Assembly: GCA_964475165.1 (NCBI GenBank)
Contig: CAYYVN010000008.1
Location: 4,160-68,159, forward strand
Length of the DNA: 64,000 nt
Direction of reading: 5' to 3'
Source: an uncultured Verrucomicrobiota bacterium
GTDB lineage: Bacteria; Verrucomicrobiota; Kiritimatiellia; JAAZAB01
A program made the translations under genes and the position numbers. This document shows, in pieces, positions 35,385-44,653 of the stretch (within the stretch, counting starts at the first letter, position 1; each line of letters starts with the position of its first letter). A model generated the notes under the pieces. That model made no database searches. It saw nothing but the letters and a program-made list of their open reading frames with translations, and had not been told where the DNA came from.

Positions 35385-36630
35385 TTTCTGGGTCGCGCAG
35401 AATACAGTCTAGCACAGCATTGGCAGTGTGCCTAGACATCCATTGGCGTCTGATCGGTTGCAGGCGATCCTGCAGCCGTGTATAATCCTGTAAAACATGC
35501 CGCAAAATCAGCTGTGCATGCGCAGGGTCTTTCAAGTTCACGCCTAGATCTCCCAGACCTTCCCGTTGCAGTTCGTTATCCAGCCATGTATCACGAGCCA
35601 CAATGGGCAGGACTCCATAAAGCACACTCTCGATTAAGATGTTGGAGGATTGCGCCCTAAAAATCGGTGGGCGATACAATAAAACAGCTATATTGGCGCG
35701 CCGTAATAGCTCGTGATATGCATTTTCCGGCAGAACAGCATCTTGGATTTGGATTTGTGGAAAACGATCGGCCAAGCGTTTCAGCCTGTGGAAGTAAGCG
35801 AGACTGCGCTCATATTCTGCCGGCGGTTGTTGGGAGGGGATAAGGTAAGCCTGCGCAATAACCCGTACTCGCTCAAAGAGGCTGGCATCATTGGAGAGCT
35901 CTTCAATCAGCTCCACAAAACAATCGAACCCTTTATTGATGCGCGCGCCACCCAAGAAAACGATGACCAAGGGATCTAGAGGCTTGGCTTCCATGGTAAA
36001 GCTCTGCGCTCCCACCGAGGGTATTATGGGGATCGGGCAGACTGCGACCGGCCAGCGCAATAACCCGGTGTAATCGGCGCTGAGCTTCTGGGTATCGCTG
36101 ATATAGCGTAGGCGTCTGCCCAGAGCTTTGCTCATTAGACCATGGCAGAAGCGCTGGCCCCACCCGAACATTTGGGTCATGAAAGCCGAAGGGTAGGAAC
36201 CGCGTCGCCAATCAAAGCGCAGCATGATGACGACACGTATCTTCTTGGCGGCCAGCTCATGACGCGTTTGCCAGATGAAACAGGCTAGAGGCAAAAGATC
36301 CGGCAACAATATGGTGGGGATAAAAATAAGGTCTCCCTGAGCGGGCTGCAGGCCATCTACGGCATACCATTGTGAGCGCAATTGCCTGTAAAGCCGGATC
36401 ATGGCCCGGAAGATCTTCAATATTTTGAGGAGATTGACCCTGGACTCCACCGTTTGCGCTGTCACCGGCGTGAAAGCCGGCACAATCTCGTTACTGCATG
36501 CGCTCGTGGCTCCATAGAGGTGGACCACGATTCCGCGGGCGCGGGCTGCTTCCATCACGCGCTTGTCGTAGCCATAAGCATGGCCGCTTTCATCGCCAGT
36601 CAGGCCGGGATCTATAATCAAGATCTTCAT
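35350..36630 (-). CDS. GT-B (GT4-like) glycosyltransferase
   Basis: MKILIIDPGL....GH, FLGGAR.NKGFD, Y.ELL..A...VL.Y and S.IL.E....G. Confidence 0.7.
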   Translation of the reverse strand: MKILIIDPGLTGDESGHAYGYDKRVMEAARARGIVVHLYGATSACSNEIVPAFTPVTAQTVESRVNLLKILKIFRAMIRLYRQLRSQWYAVDGLQPAQGDLIFIPTILLPDLLPLACFIWQTRHELAAKKIRVVIMLRFDWRRGSYPSAFMTQMFGWGQRFCHGLMSKALGRRLRYISDTQKLSADYTGLLRWPVAVCPIPIIPSVGAQSFTMEAKPLDPLVIVFLGGARINKGFDCFVELIEELSNDASLFERVRVIAQAYLIPSQQPPAEYERSLAYFHRLKRLADRFPQIQIQDAVLPENAYHELLRRANIAVLLYRPPIFRAQSSNILIESVLYGVLPIVARDTWLDNELQREGLGDLGVNLKDPAHAQLILRHVLQDYTRLQDRLQPIRRQWMSRHTANAVLDCILRDPENAEQGYALTRK

Positions 36631-36738
36631 GCTAATTGTCTAAAAAAATCCTGCTGAGGCATGGCTGCGGGTTATGCTTAAAGGAGCGCTCCGGTTCTAT
36701 TCTGAGGAGCCTTGTTTTGCATTGAGGGATTATAGTGC

Positions 36739-37659
36739 TCAGGACGCAGATCCTAGTATTGCCTTATCGAACCACGCCACCGTTTGTTGTAGGCCCTGAT
36801 CCAGTGGGGTAGGGTTCCAAACGGGCATCAGCGTGCCTAGTTTTTCGATATCCAAAACCTTTGATCTGGCGCCCACATAACGATCAGGATCATAGCGGAT
36901 TAAATCGTGATCATAACCAGTAATTTCACATATTTTTTTGGCGAAAGCGCGTATCGAATAGCCTTGGCCGTTGCCGATATTGATAATTTCATTGGCAACG
37001 TGTTGCGCCAGAAATAAGGCCGCCTTCACAAAATCATCAATATAAACCAACTCCCTTTGCTGATAGCCATCACCCCAGAGGACAACAGCAGCTCCGCGTT
37101 TCTTTCCGTTCAAGATCTTCTCTATTAAATCGAAGATAAAATGCATTTGCTTCCCCTGCGTGCGGTAGCCCGGGCCATATAAAGTGGAAGGAACCAGATA
37201 AAGATACTGCAAGCCATACTGCTGATGTAAGGCTTGCAGGCCGACATAAAGCATGCGTTTGGTCATCGCGTAGGTATATAGGTCTGGAATAGGCATGCCT
37301 TGCATATAATTGGATTCAATCAGCTTATCCTCTGGCGCATACGAGCAACTAGTGCCCATAGCTATTAGTTTGGCTTGAGGCTGACGAGCTTGCCACCAAT
37401 CCAAAACAGTGGTGTTGATATGCTGATTGATGATCCATTGTTCACCAGGGTGATAACGGCAGAAATCACCAGCCTGGGTCCAGGCCGCCAAATGATATAT
37501 AAAATCATAACGCCTGTCTTCAAAAGCCCGGAGCGCTCCCGGCTGCCGTAAATCAGCATTCCGGGAATTGACGCCCACCACCTGGGCGCCCTGGGCAGTC
37601 AGGGCGCGGCATAAATGAGTGCCTAAAAAACCGGTGGCTCCGGTTACTAGAATATTCAT
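36739..37659 (-). CDS. GDP-fucose-synthase-like NDP-4-keto-sugar C4-reductase (SDR)
   Basis: ILVTGATGFLG, HLAA...AG, GTSCSY, YAMTKR (YxxxK), PSTLYGPG and WGDG.QQRE..Y.DD. Confidence 0.8.
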   Translation of the reverse strand: MNILVTGATGFLGTHLCRALTAQGAQVVGVNSRNADLRQPGALRAFEDRRYDFIYHLAAWTQAGDFCRYHPGEQWIINQHINTTVLDWWQARQPQAKLIAMGTSCSYAPEDKLIESNYMQGMPIPDLYTYAMTKRMLYVGLQALHQQYGLQYLYLVPSTLYGPGYRTQGKQMHFIFDLIEKILNGKKRGAAVVLWGDGYQQRELVYIDDFVKAALFLAQHVANEIINIGNGQGYSIRAFAKKICEITGYDHDLIRYDPDRYVGARSKVLDIEKLGTLMPVWNPTPLDQGLQQTVAWFDKAILGSAS

Positions 37660-38870
37660 GGAGTTTGCTCCGACGGATTGATGGGAAAAAAGAACTCGAC
37701 CCCCTGATGTAGCAGATCGGCGTAGCGGTTCAGTATTTCATTTTTAAAGTTCCAGGCCAGTACGAAATATATATCTGGTTGGCGGAGGACTTCATTTTCC
37801 AGCAGGATGGGGATATGCATTCCAGGCGAATACAAATGCGCCCGCATAGGGTTTTTTTCCACCAGATAATCCAAATAACGTGTGTTGATCCCGCAGTAAT
37901 TTAAAAGGGTATTCCCCTTAACTGGTGCGCCCATACCATAAATTGTTTTGCCTGTCGCTTTGGCTTTCTCCAGATATGCCATCAGGCGTGTGCGCAGTTC
38001 AGTTGTGCGGTGCGCAAACGCAGCATAAGTGGCAAAATCATTGGTATGTTCGCGAGCCTCTAACGCGCGCATAGCGGTTAGGCGCTCGGAAACCTGGGCC
38101 AGATTATGATGCCTGACAAAAAGAATGATTGATCCGCCATGCACAGGTGAGCAATAGGCATCCACAGATGCTAGACCATGACGTTGCAGCAGGTGCTCAA
38201 TGCTAGCTAGGGTATAATAGAGCAGGTGTTCATGGTAGACCTGATCGAAAGCGGTATTGGCCATGATCTGTTTCATATAAATAAATTGTACTACGAAAAT
38301 CCCCTCTGGTGCCAAGCATTCCCGAATACCTTCCGTTACCGAGTGCAATTCCTCCAAATGAAAAAACACTCCGGACGCATTGATAATACCGAATTTGCGC
38401 TCCAAGTTTTGGGCCGTTTCAAGATTGAAGAAATCGGCGACGGTCGGAATACCGGAGGCCACAGCTCGCTGCGCAATTTTGTGGCAAGACTCCACGCCGA
38501 GCACATCATATCCCAGGCGTTGATATTCTTGTAGTTGTGTGCCATCATTGGAGCCGATATCCAAGACGCTCCGCTGCGCTAAGCTATGCCCGAAATGGTG
38601 ATCAACATATTGGGCAGTTTCAGCAAAATGGTTTCTGAGAGTTGCCGTGGTGCCGGAGAGATAAGTATGGTTCTTGAACATGATTTCTTTGGAGACCGTA
38701 TAATCCAACTGCGCCGCCTGGCACTTCGCACAATGCAGTAATCGCAAGGGATAGCGTGGTTCGCGGCCCAGCTCATCCTTTTTCAAAAAATGATTGCCCC
38801 AGGGTTGATCTCCTAAATCGAGAGCCAAGCGTAAGTCTTTCCCGTCGCATATCCTACATTGCATTGTCAT
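37656..38870 (-). CDS. NDP-sugar C-methyltransferase (Zn-binding N-domain, SAM domain, C-methyltransferase C-domain)
   Basis: CRIC....L..LDLG.QP.GN.F, C.KC...QL, DIGSNDG..L, YHEH..YY, HGGS and YG.GAP.KGNTLLNY, as in the TcaB9/NovU/EryBIII type. Confidence 0.85.
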   Translation of the reverse strand: MTMQCRICDGKDLRLALDLGDQPWGNHFLKKDELGREPRYPLRLLHCAKCQAAQLDYTVSKEIMFKNHTYLSGTTATLRNHFAETAQYVDHHFGHSLAQRSVLDIGSNDGTQLQEYQRLGYDVLGVESCHKIAQRAVASGIPTVADFFNLETAQNLERKFGIINASGVFFHLEELHSVTEGIRECLAPEGIFVVQFIYMKQIMANTAFDQVYHEHLLYYTLASIEHLLQRHGLASVDAYCSPVHGGSIILFVRHHNLAQVSERLTAMRALEAREHTNDFATYAAFAHRTTELRTRLMAYLEKAKATGKTIYGMGAPVKGNTLLNYCGINTRYLDYLVEKNPMRAHLYSPGMHIPILLENEVLRQPDIYFVLAWNFKNEILNRYADLLHQGVEFFFPINPSEQTP

Positions 38871-39370
38871 GGTGTATCCTCACTCGTAAAAACCATCCGC
38901 TCTGAAAAACGGCGGTTATTGTCTTGGATCCGGATGCCATATGCTCGCCGGGATTCCATCAACCCGGCACTTGTTTGTTGTGGGTCCTCGGCGAGCCATT
39001 GATGATGGCCATAGCGCGAGAGCATCATGGGCCTAATGGGAGAACTTTCGGAATTATGCTCGGGGTGCATCTTGTTGGAGTACACATCAAGAGCGGAAAG
39101 CTGCATATAGTGCTCGAATCGAAAATCATGCAAAGCGCGCGCCACACCGCGCACCGATGCTTCGAATTCTAACTGCGGATTTTGATCTGCCAGATATTTC
39201 TGGGAATTGCCAGTGGTATTGATCAGCACGCGACACTTGGCGCCTGCCCGCAGGGAATATTCATCTGCATCCACCACCTCGGGTTCGATACCCTGGTGGC
39301 GGTATTTCGTCGCGCTGGCGGATTCCAGAAAACCCCTTCCGCCCAATACGATTATCTCTGCAGATGCCAT
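38867..39370 (-). pseudogene. Decayed NAD-dependent epimerase/reductase
   Basis: Rossmann motif GGRGFLE (third Gly lost) and YGHHQ in place of YxxxK. Similarity ends about 130 aa in, and the C-terminal half is missing. Confidence 0.6.
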
Positions 39371-39536
39371 ATCCGTAAAACTCTAGCTCCAACATTACAA
39401 CGGTAAAATCAATGTAATCTGGCGGACTAGCTCTATCAAGAAACTTTTGATGATAGATCCGGCTTCGGCTAACAACATCAGTGCCAGCTCCTCATCTCGA
39501 CCGCACACTGGCCAGTCGATTGCACCGTTAGGGCCA

Positions 39537-40799
39537 TCAGGTTGGCTGGTCGTCTGATTTCACCAGCTCATAATCTAACTTGGCATCCACGCATAATTTA
39601 AGCAGAGGCTCCACCATTTGCTGGGTTATCTTTTGCTTATCAAAGAGTTCTCCGGCTGCAGCCAAGGCCAGGGAGCCAAATTTTTTACGGAGCACAGGAT
39701 TTAAAGCCAATCTGATGAGCTTAGCCTTGAATTCAGCCATATTGGTCGGATCAAACAGGTAACCATTTTCTCCATCGCGAATGACCTCTCTAATCGAGTT
39801 TAACCTGGCCGCGAGCACTGGTAAAGCGCAAGCCATATTATGGACCAGCGTGCCAGTCATAGAGAAGTGATCCGTATCAAGTCCCACGCGCATCACCAGG
39901 CCAATATCGCCCGCATTAAGGGCCTCATTGACTTCAGCGGGGGTATCCAGCCATCCAGCAAAGGTGACGATTTTTTGTAAATTATGGGCGGCAACCATTT
40001 TCTGTAGACGCGGCAATTCGGGGCCGTCACCAATCAGCAGAAAACGCAGCGCCGGGCATTGAGGCAGCACATCAGGCAATGACGCAATAATGAGATCATT
40101 GCCCTTGTTGGGATGCAGGATGCCATGATGCACGAGAATGATTTCATCTGGTGCAAAGCTCCAGCGTTGCCGACAGGGGTCCTTTGGTTGGGGGTAGTAT
40201 ATATTTGTATCGCAGGGATCGTATACCGGTACAACACGTGCGGCAGGCACCCCTGATTGTGCTAGATAAGCGCGCGTGGTTTTAGCGCGGGTAAAAATCA
40301 AGGGCAGTTTGCGCCAAACTAGCATATCCAGGCGGTTGATCGCCTGGCCCAGGCTTCTGAGACAAGGGTTTTTACGACCATAGATGTTGAGGAAAAAATC
40401 AGCAATCGTTACCACGACCTTCCGTCCAAAAAATATGCGTGCCAGACCAGCGCTCAAAGGCAGCGTTTCCTCAATGAAAACCACATCAATATTATGGATC
40501 CGGCAATGGAGTCCCATAAAGGGTATGAGCAAAATCCATAAGCAGGTTTTTAGGAATTTATCGAAGGTGCTTTGGCGGTTAATGGCCAGGGGCAAGATAT
40601 GGAGCCGGGCATTCCGGGCTATGCGCTGCGGACATGGCTTGGAGCTTTTCAAGCCATAATAATGAACCACGCAATCGTGCGCGAGAGCTTCTATGATATC
40701 TGGGATGCAATGCAAGAGCTCGGTATGTTCCGCCGGGCCATAGCGAAACCAAAAGGCAATCTGCGGCTTGCGACGGGGATTGTTTGTTGGGGCCTGCAT
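39537..40799 (-). CDS. GT4 family glycosyltransferase
   Basis: HG.L...KG.D, ..GDGPE...L, GW.....V......DIG, MA..LPV.A.....REVI.DGENGYLF. Confidence 0.85.
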   Translation of the reverse strand: MQAPTNNPRRKPQIAFWFRYGPAEHTELLHCIPDIIEALAHDCVVHYYGLKSSKPCPQRIARNARLHILPLAINRQSTFDKFLKTCLWILLIPFMGLHCRIHNIDVVFIEETLPLSAGLARIFFGRKVVVTIADFFLNIYGRKNPCLRSLGQAINRLDMLVWRKLPLIFTRAKTTRAYLAQSGVPAARVVPVYDPCDTNIYYPQPKDPCRQRWSFAPDEIILVHHGILHPNKGNDLIIASLPDVLPQCPALRFLLIGDGPELPRLQKMVAAHNLQKIVTFAGWLDTPAEVNEALNAGDIGLVMRVGLDTDHFSMTGTLVHNMACALPVLAARLNSIREVIRDGENGYLFDPTNMAEFKAKLIRLALNPVLRKKFGSLALAAAGELFDKQKITQQMVEPLLKLCVDAKLDYELVKSDDQPT

Positions 40800-40989
40800 G
40801 GTTTAAAATAATATCAGGCGTGATTGCGGGGCGCATCTGCGCAGGGCTCTGCAATCATCCTCATATACGGACCAATCCTTTTTTACGAGCTTCCCTACAT
40901 CAACGGACGGTGCAGGCAATCCCCACTTCAAGCGAGGTAGGAAAACTCATTCCCGACTTGCTAAGCTGCCAAAATTATGCCGGCTAAAA

Positions 40990-41151
40990 TTATCCGCATG
41001 CTTCCATGCATAAGACAACCTCGGCTCCAAACAGCGCCTCGGATAAGCCTTCGGGAGCGTTCAGATCCATAACAATATCGGCCGGTCCACTATCTGGTAT
41101 GCCGCGCCATCCGCGGCAAATAGACAAGGCAAAACCGAGTCGCTCTATCAT
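40990..41151 (-). pseudogene. Possible remnant of a class I SAM methyltransferase
   Basis: 53-codon ORF with ADIVMDLN...AEVVLCMEA, resembling the D.V.DLN...FD.VLC.E pattern, in an otherwise ORF-less 500-bp gap. Confidence 0.25.
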
Positions 41152-41304
41152 GGTGCATCCATGGGGGATTGATCGTTTGTAACCCTACAATGCTTATCTT
41201 GAATTACTACCAGCGTCAAGAGGCTTATATTTTAATTCCAGCGCGCCGCGCCTTGCTCCCAGAGAGATCCTTGTGGCCTGTAGCAATACTCAAGCATGGG
41301 GTGC

Positions 41305-42579
41305 TTATGCATTTGCCGAAAGAATCTGCTGTGGTTGATTGCGGTGCAGAGCCAGAAATAAAAAGATCAACAAAAATGTTCCAACCAACATCAGCACCGC
41401 CACGATCTGCAACAAGGCGGCATGCCAGAGGATAACGCCCGCCAGGTAAGCGCCAACGCAAAGGGCTAGAGGCGCCAGGATCCGAAAACGGTTTTGGGAG
41501 AGCTCGAAGGTCATCAGGATATAGGCCAGGCTCAGGGGGCTCATGGCCCAAATCACACCGCGCACCAGGCGGCGCATCTCGGCTTCTGGTGCCCAATCAT
41601 GATAGAGCAGGCCCAGTGGCAATTGCGGAAAGAGGCTGCAGATCAGGGCCGCTGCGCCGACCAGCAGGCCGGCATAGAGTAGCGCCCGCCTGAGCATTTC
41701 CAGATGCTGATGGCTGCTGGCGCCATGACTGACTGTTTTAGGAAATAAAGCGCCGGCAATGGGCATAGGCAGGAAGATGATCATGCGCCCGATGGTGCTG
41801 GCGCGCGCGTAAAGGCCCGATTCCAGGGGTGCGAAATAGTGTTTAACGATCAACACATCGGCATTCATCAGAAAAGCGAAGCCTGCCAATACCAGGAGCG
41901 TCTGCAGCAAATACGTGCGCGCGCCACTCGGTAAACCCTGCGCCGGCGCCAAACGCCCGCGCAATACCAGGATGAGCCCCCAGAGGCCCAAGCCAAGATT
42001 CACCAGCACGGCCAGGCCTTGCCCGGCCAATGCCCAGTGGGCTGTGGCCGCAATTGCATAGACGAACCAGCCGCCGGCCAAGAGGCGCACCAGACCCCAG
42101 CTGGCGCCGGCGATGGAGGCCCAGCCAAAAGCCTGTACCCCTTGCAAGGCGCCGCCCATAATGGGTGGTAGAAAGGAGAGCGCCAAGACCAATAAAGCCC
42201 AGAAGAATACACCGCTATTGGGTAATTGGAAGAAGAGCGTTAGACTATCGCGCGCCAGCCAAGCGGCCCAGAATATGCCGATGGCGATCAAGGCCATTTT
42301 CCAAGCCCAGTTCCAGACCAGCGGCAGAATATCGCCGGCGCGCTGCTCTTGCAGCAGATGCGCGGAGAAAAAGGCCAGAGCATTGCTGAGAGCGTTCAAG
42401 GGCATGCCAGCGATCAGGATCAGGCCCAGCATGGAAACCAGGATGCCATACTCCGTCGGCGCCAACCAGCGGCCCATCACCACATGAAAAAGAGCATTAC
42501 AAATATTGCCCACCTGGGAAGCTGCCATTAACAGCAGGCTATGCCGCAGGAGGGGATCCTTAAGATTCACAGGGCTCAT
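41305..42579 (-). CDS. Wzx-like oligosaccharide flippase (MOP family)
   Basis: About 12 TMs, N.LFH....R.L.P..YG.L, D...VKHYF.....G.YA.AS.IGR.I.F.P. Start set at ATG 42579. Confidence 0.85.
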   Translation of the reverse strand: MSPVNLKDPLLRHSLLLMAASQVGNICNALFHVVMGRWLAPTEYGILVSMLGLILIAGMPLNALSNALAFFSAHLLQEQRAGDILPLVWNWAWKMALIAIGIFWAAWLARDSLTLFFQLPNSGVFFWALLVLALSFLPPIMGGALQGVQAFGWASIAGASWGLVRLLAGGWFVYAIAATAHWALAGQGLAVLVNLGLGLWGLILVLRGRLAPAQGLPSGARTYLLQTLLVLAGFAFLMNADVLIVKHYFAPLESGLYARASTIGRMIIFLPMPIAGALFPKTVSHGASSHQHLEMLRRALLYAGLLVGAAALICSLFPQLPLGLLYHDWAPEAEMRRLVRGVIWAMSPLSLAYILMTFELSQNRFRILAPLALCVGAYLAGVILWHAALLQIVAVLMLVGTFLLIFLFLALHRNQPQQILSANA

Positions 42580-43552
42580 AAAAAATGATTTGGGTCCCCG
42601 AATGCTCGAACCGGAAGGGGACATGGAGTAGGGGCGCCATCTGTTGTTGGAATTGCGCCTGCCGCTCCGGCGGCACAAAGAAAAGCATGAACCCACCGCC
42701 ACCGGCGCCCAGCAGCTTACCGCCGAGTGCGCCGGCTTGCAGCGCCTGAGCATAAATGGCATCCACATGCGATGTTGATATTTTAGTGCTGAGCGAACGC
42801 TTGATCTGCCAGGATTCGTGCAGCAGCCTTCCAAAGGCGGCGATATCATCGGTGCCCTGCAGAATGGCCAGGGCCTGATCCACCATTTGGCGCATGGCCC
42901 GCAGTTCCTTGGTTTTGGCGGATATATTGCGGATTTGGTCGGCAGCCACCTCGGAAGCGGTGCGCGAGAAGCCGGTGAAATAGAGCATCAGATGGGATTG
43001 CAGTTGCCGCAAACGCGCCGGGGATAGCGTCACCGGCTGAAGGGTGATGCGGTCGCCGGCAGCGAACTCGATCAGGTTCAAACCCCCGCAGGCGGCGGTC
43101 ACTTGGTCCTGAGAGCCCACATTTTCGCCGATCAGATCACGTTCGACATGGATGGCCTCTTGGGCCAACTGCTGGCGGCTGCGCATCGTGCCGCGCAGGG
43201 CATAGAGAGCGTGCAGAATCCCCACCATGAAGGCGGAGCTGGAGCCCAAGCCGGCGCGGGCCGGCAGATCGCTATCATTATGGATTTCCACACCCTGTTC
43301 GATGCGCAGGTATTTCAGGCCCTCGCGCACAGCTGGGTGCTTGATTTCCTCGATGGTATTTACCCCCTCGAGGCGCGAGTAAACGATGCGGTATTTATGA
43401 TCGAAGAAAGGTGGCAGATAGCGGCAGGTGATGTAGCAATAGCGGTTGATGCTGGTGGCCAGCACCGCCCCGCCATGGTCATTGTACCAGGCCGGATAAT
43501 CTGTACCCCCACCAAAAAACGAGATGCGATAAGGCGTGCGACTGATAATCAT
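42560..43552 (-). CDS. hddA: D-glycero-alpha-D-manno-heptose-7-phosphate kinase (GHMP family)
   Basis: IISRTP.RISFFGGGTDYP, DLPA.AGLGSSS, VG.QDQ..AA.GG and GGKLLGAGGGGF. Start set at ATG 43552. Confidence 0.88.
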   Translation of the reverse strand: MIISRTPYRISFFGGGTDYPAWYNDHGGAVLATSINRYCYITCRYLPPFFDHKYRIVYSRLEGVNTIEEIKHPAVREGLKYLRIEQGVEIHNDSDLPARAGLGSSSAFMVGILHALYALRGTMRSRQQLAQEAIHVERDLIGENVGSQDQVTAACGGLNLIEFAAGDRITLQPVTLSPARLRQLQSHLMLYFTGFSRTASEVAADQIRNISAKTKELRAMRQMVDQALAILQGTDDIAAFGRLLHESWQIKRSLSTKISTSHVDAIYAQALQAGALGGKLLGAGGGGFMLFFVPPERQAQFQQQMAPLLHVPFRFEHSGTQIIFYEPCES

Positions 43553-43584
43553 CTTTATTTTCCTGAGCGCGCCTGAGTTTCCCC

Positions 43585-44517
43585 TCAAATATTGGCATAT
43601 TGATTGCGGCGGATGATTTGATAACCCTTGATCAATTCGGCGATCCCCTGCCTCAGGGAGTGGCGCGGCTTGAAGCCGGTGCCCTCGAGCTTGGCGTTGC
43701 TGACCAGATAATCGCGCTGATCCGGGTCGCGGCCGACCGGAGACTCCAGGATCTGAAAATCGGGTAGTTGCTTCTTGATCTCCAAACAGAGCTCCAGCTT
43801 GGAGAGATTGGCGTTGCTGAGACCGACATTATAGGCTTCGCCGCGCATCTGGGCCTGCTGATCCAAGGCATGCATAAAAGCGCGGGCCACATCGCGCACA
43901 TGGATGTAATTGCGCTTGAAATGCGATTCGAAGAGCACCACGCAACGATCGGTTATGGCGCGATAGGTAAAATCATTAACCAATAAATCCAGGCGCATGC
44001 GCGGGCTGATGCCGAAGGCCGTGGCCAGACGCAGCGAAATAGCATTGCTGGATTCCAGCAGATATTTCTCCAACTCCACCTTCAATTTGCCATAGAGGGA
44101 GACGGGCCGCAGCGGCGAGCGTTCAGTGCAATAACCATCTCGCGTACCGATGCCATAGCCGCTATTGGTGATGGGGATGATGATGAGCTGCTGGCGACTG
44201 GCCAGGCGGCTGAGCATCTTTACAGCATCCAGATTGATGGCGCGCGCTTCCGTCGGCTTCCGCGCGCAAAGCGGCGCACCCACCAAGCAGGCCAGGGGCA
44301 AGATGGCATCGGCCTGGGGCAGGGCGGATTTGATGAGGGCCTTATCCCGCGCGTCACCGCGGATAACCGTCAGGGATTTTTTATGGCAGCAATCCAGGAG
44401 GGAGGCTTGACCATATAAGAAATTATCGATCACCGTCACTTGATGACCGGCGTTCAAGAGCATCGGCACTAAAATCGAGCCAATATAACCGGCACCGCCG
44501 GTGACCAGGATCTTCAT
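43585..44517 (-). CDS. GDP-D-glycero-D-manno-heptose C4-dehydrogenase-like SDR (Campylobacter Cj1427c type)
   Basis: GGAGYIGS, PLA.LVGAPLC, P.TNSGYGIG, CTE.SPLRP.S.YG..K, RLAT.FG.SPRMRLDLLVNDFTYRA and DPD.RDY.VSN.KLE match my recollection of Cj1427c along its length. Confidence 0.8.
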   Translation of the reverse strand: MKILVTGGAGYIGSILVPMLLNAGHQVTVIDNFLYGQASLLDCCHKKSLTVIRGDARDKALIKSALPQADAILPLACLVGAPLCARKPTEARAINLDAVKMLSRLASRQQLIIIPITNSGYGIGTRDGYCTERSPLRPVSLYGKLKVELEKYLLESSNAISLRLATAFGISPRMRLDLLVNDFTYRAITDRCVVLFESHFKRNYIHVRDVARAFMHALDQQAQMRGEAYNVGLSNANLSKLELCLEIKKQLPDFQILESPVGRDPDQRDYLVSNAKLEGTGFKPRHSLRQGIAELIKGYQIIRRNQYANI

Positions 44518-44591
44518 AGCATCAGCCTCATAACGCGTTTCAACCTAGCTCAGGCGCCCGCTAAAGTCAAACGCAATGTTGTAGAGCGCCC

Positions 44592-44620
44592 TTGCATTGT
44601 CCGCTGGGCCGGGGCATAAT
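44592..44620 (+). promoter_or_regulatory. Putative sigma70 promoter of prfB
   Basis: TTGCAT-17 nt-CATAAT, 33 nt upstream of the prfB ATG. Confidence 0.55.
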
Positions 44621-44653
44621 GGCCGCCAAATTGTTGAGGGGAGGATTTAGCGT

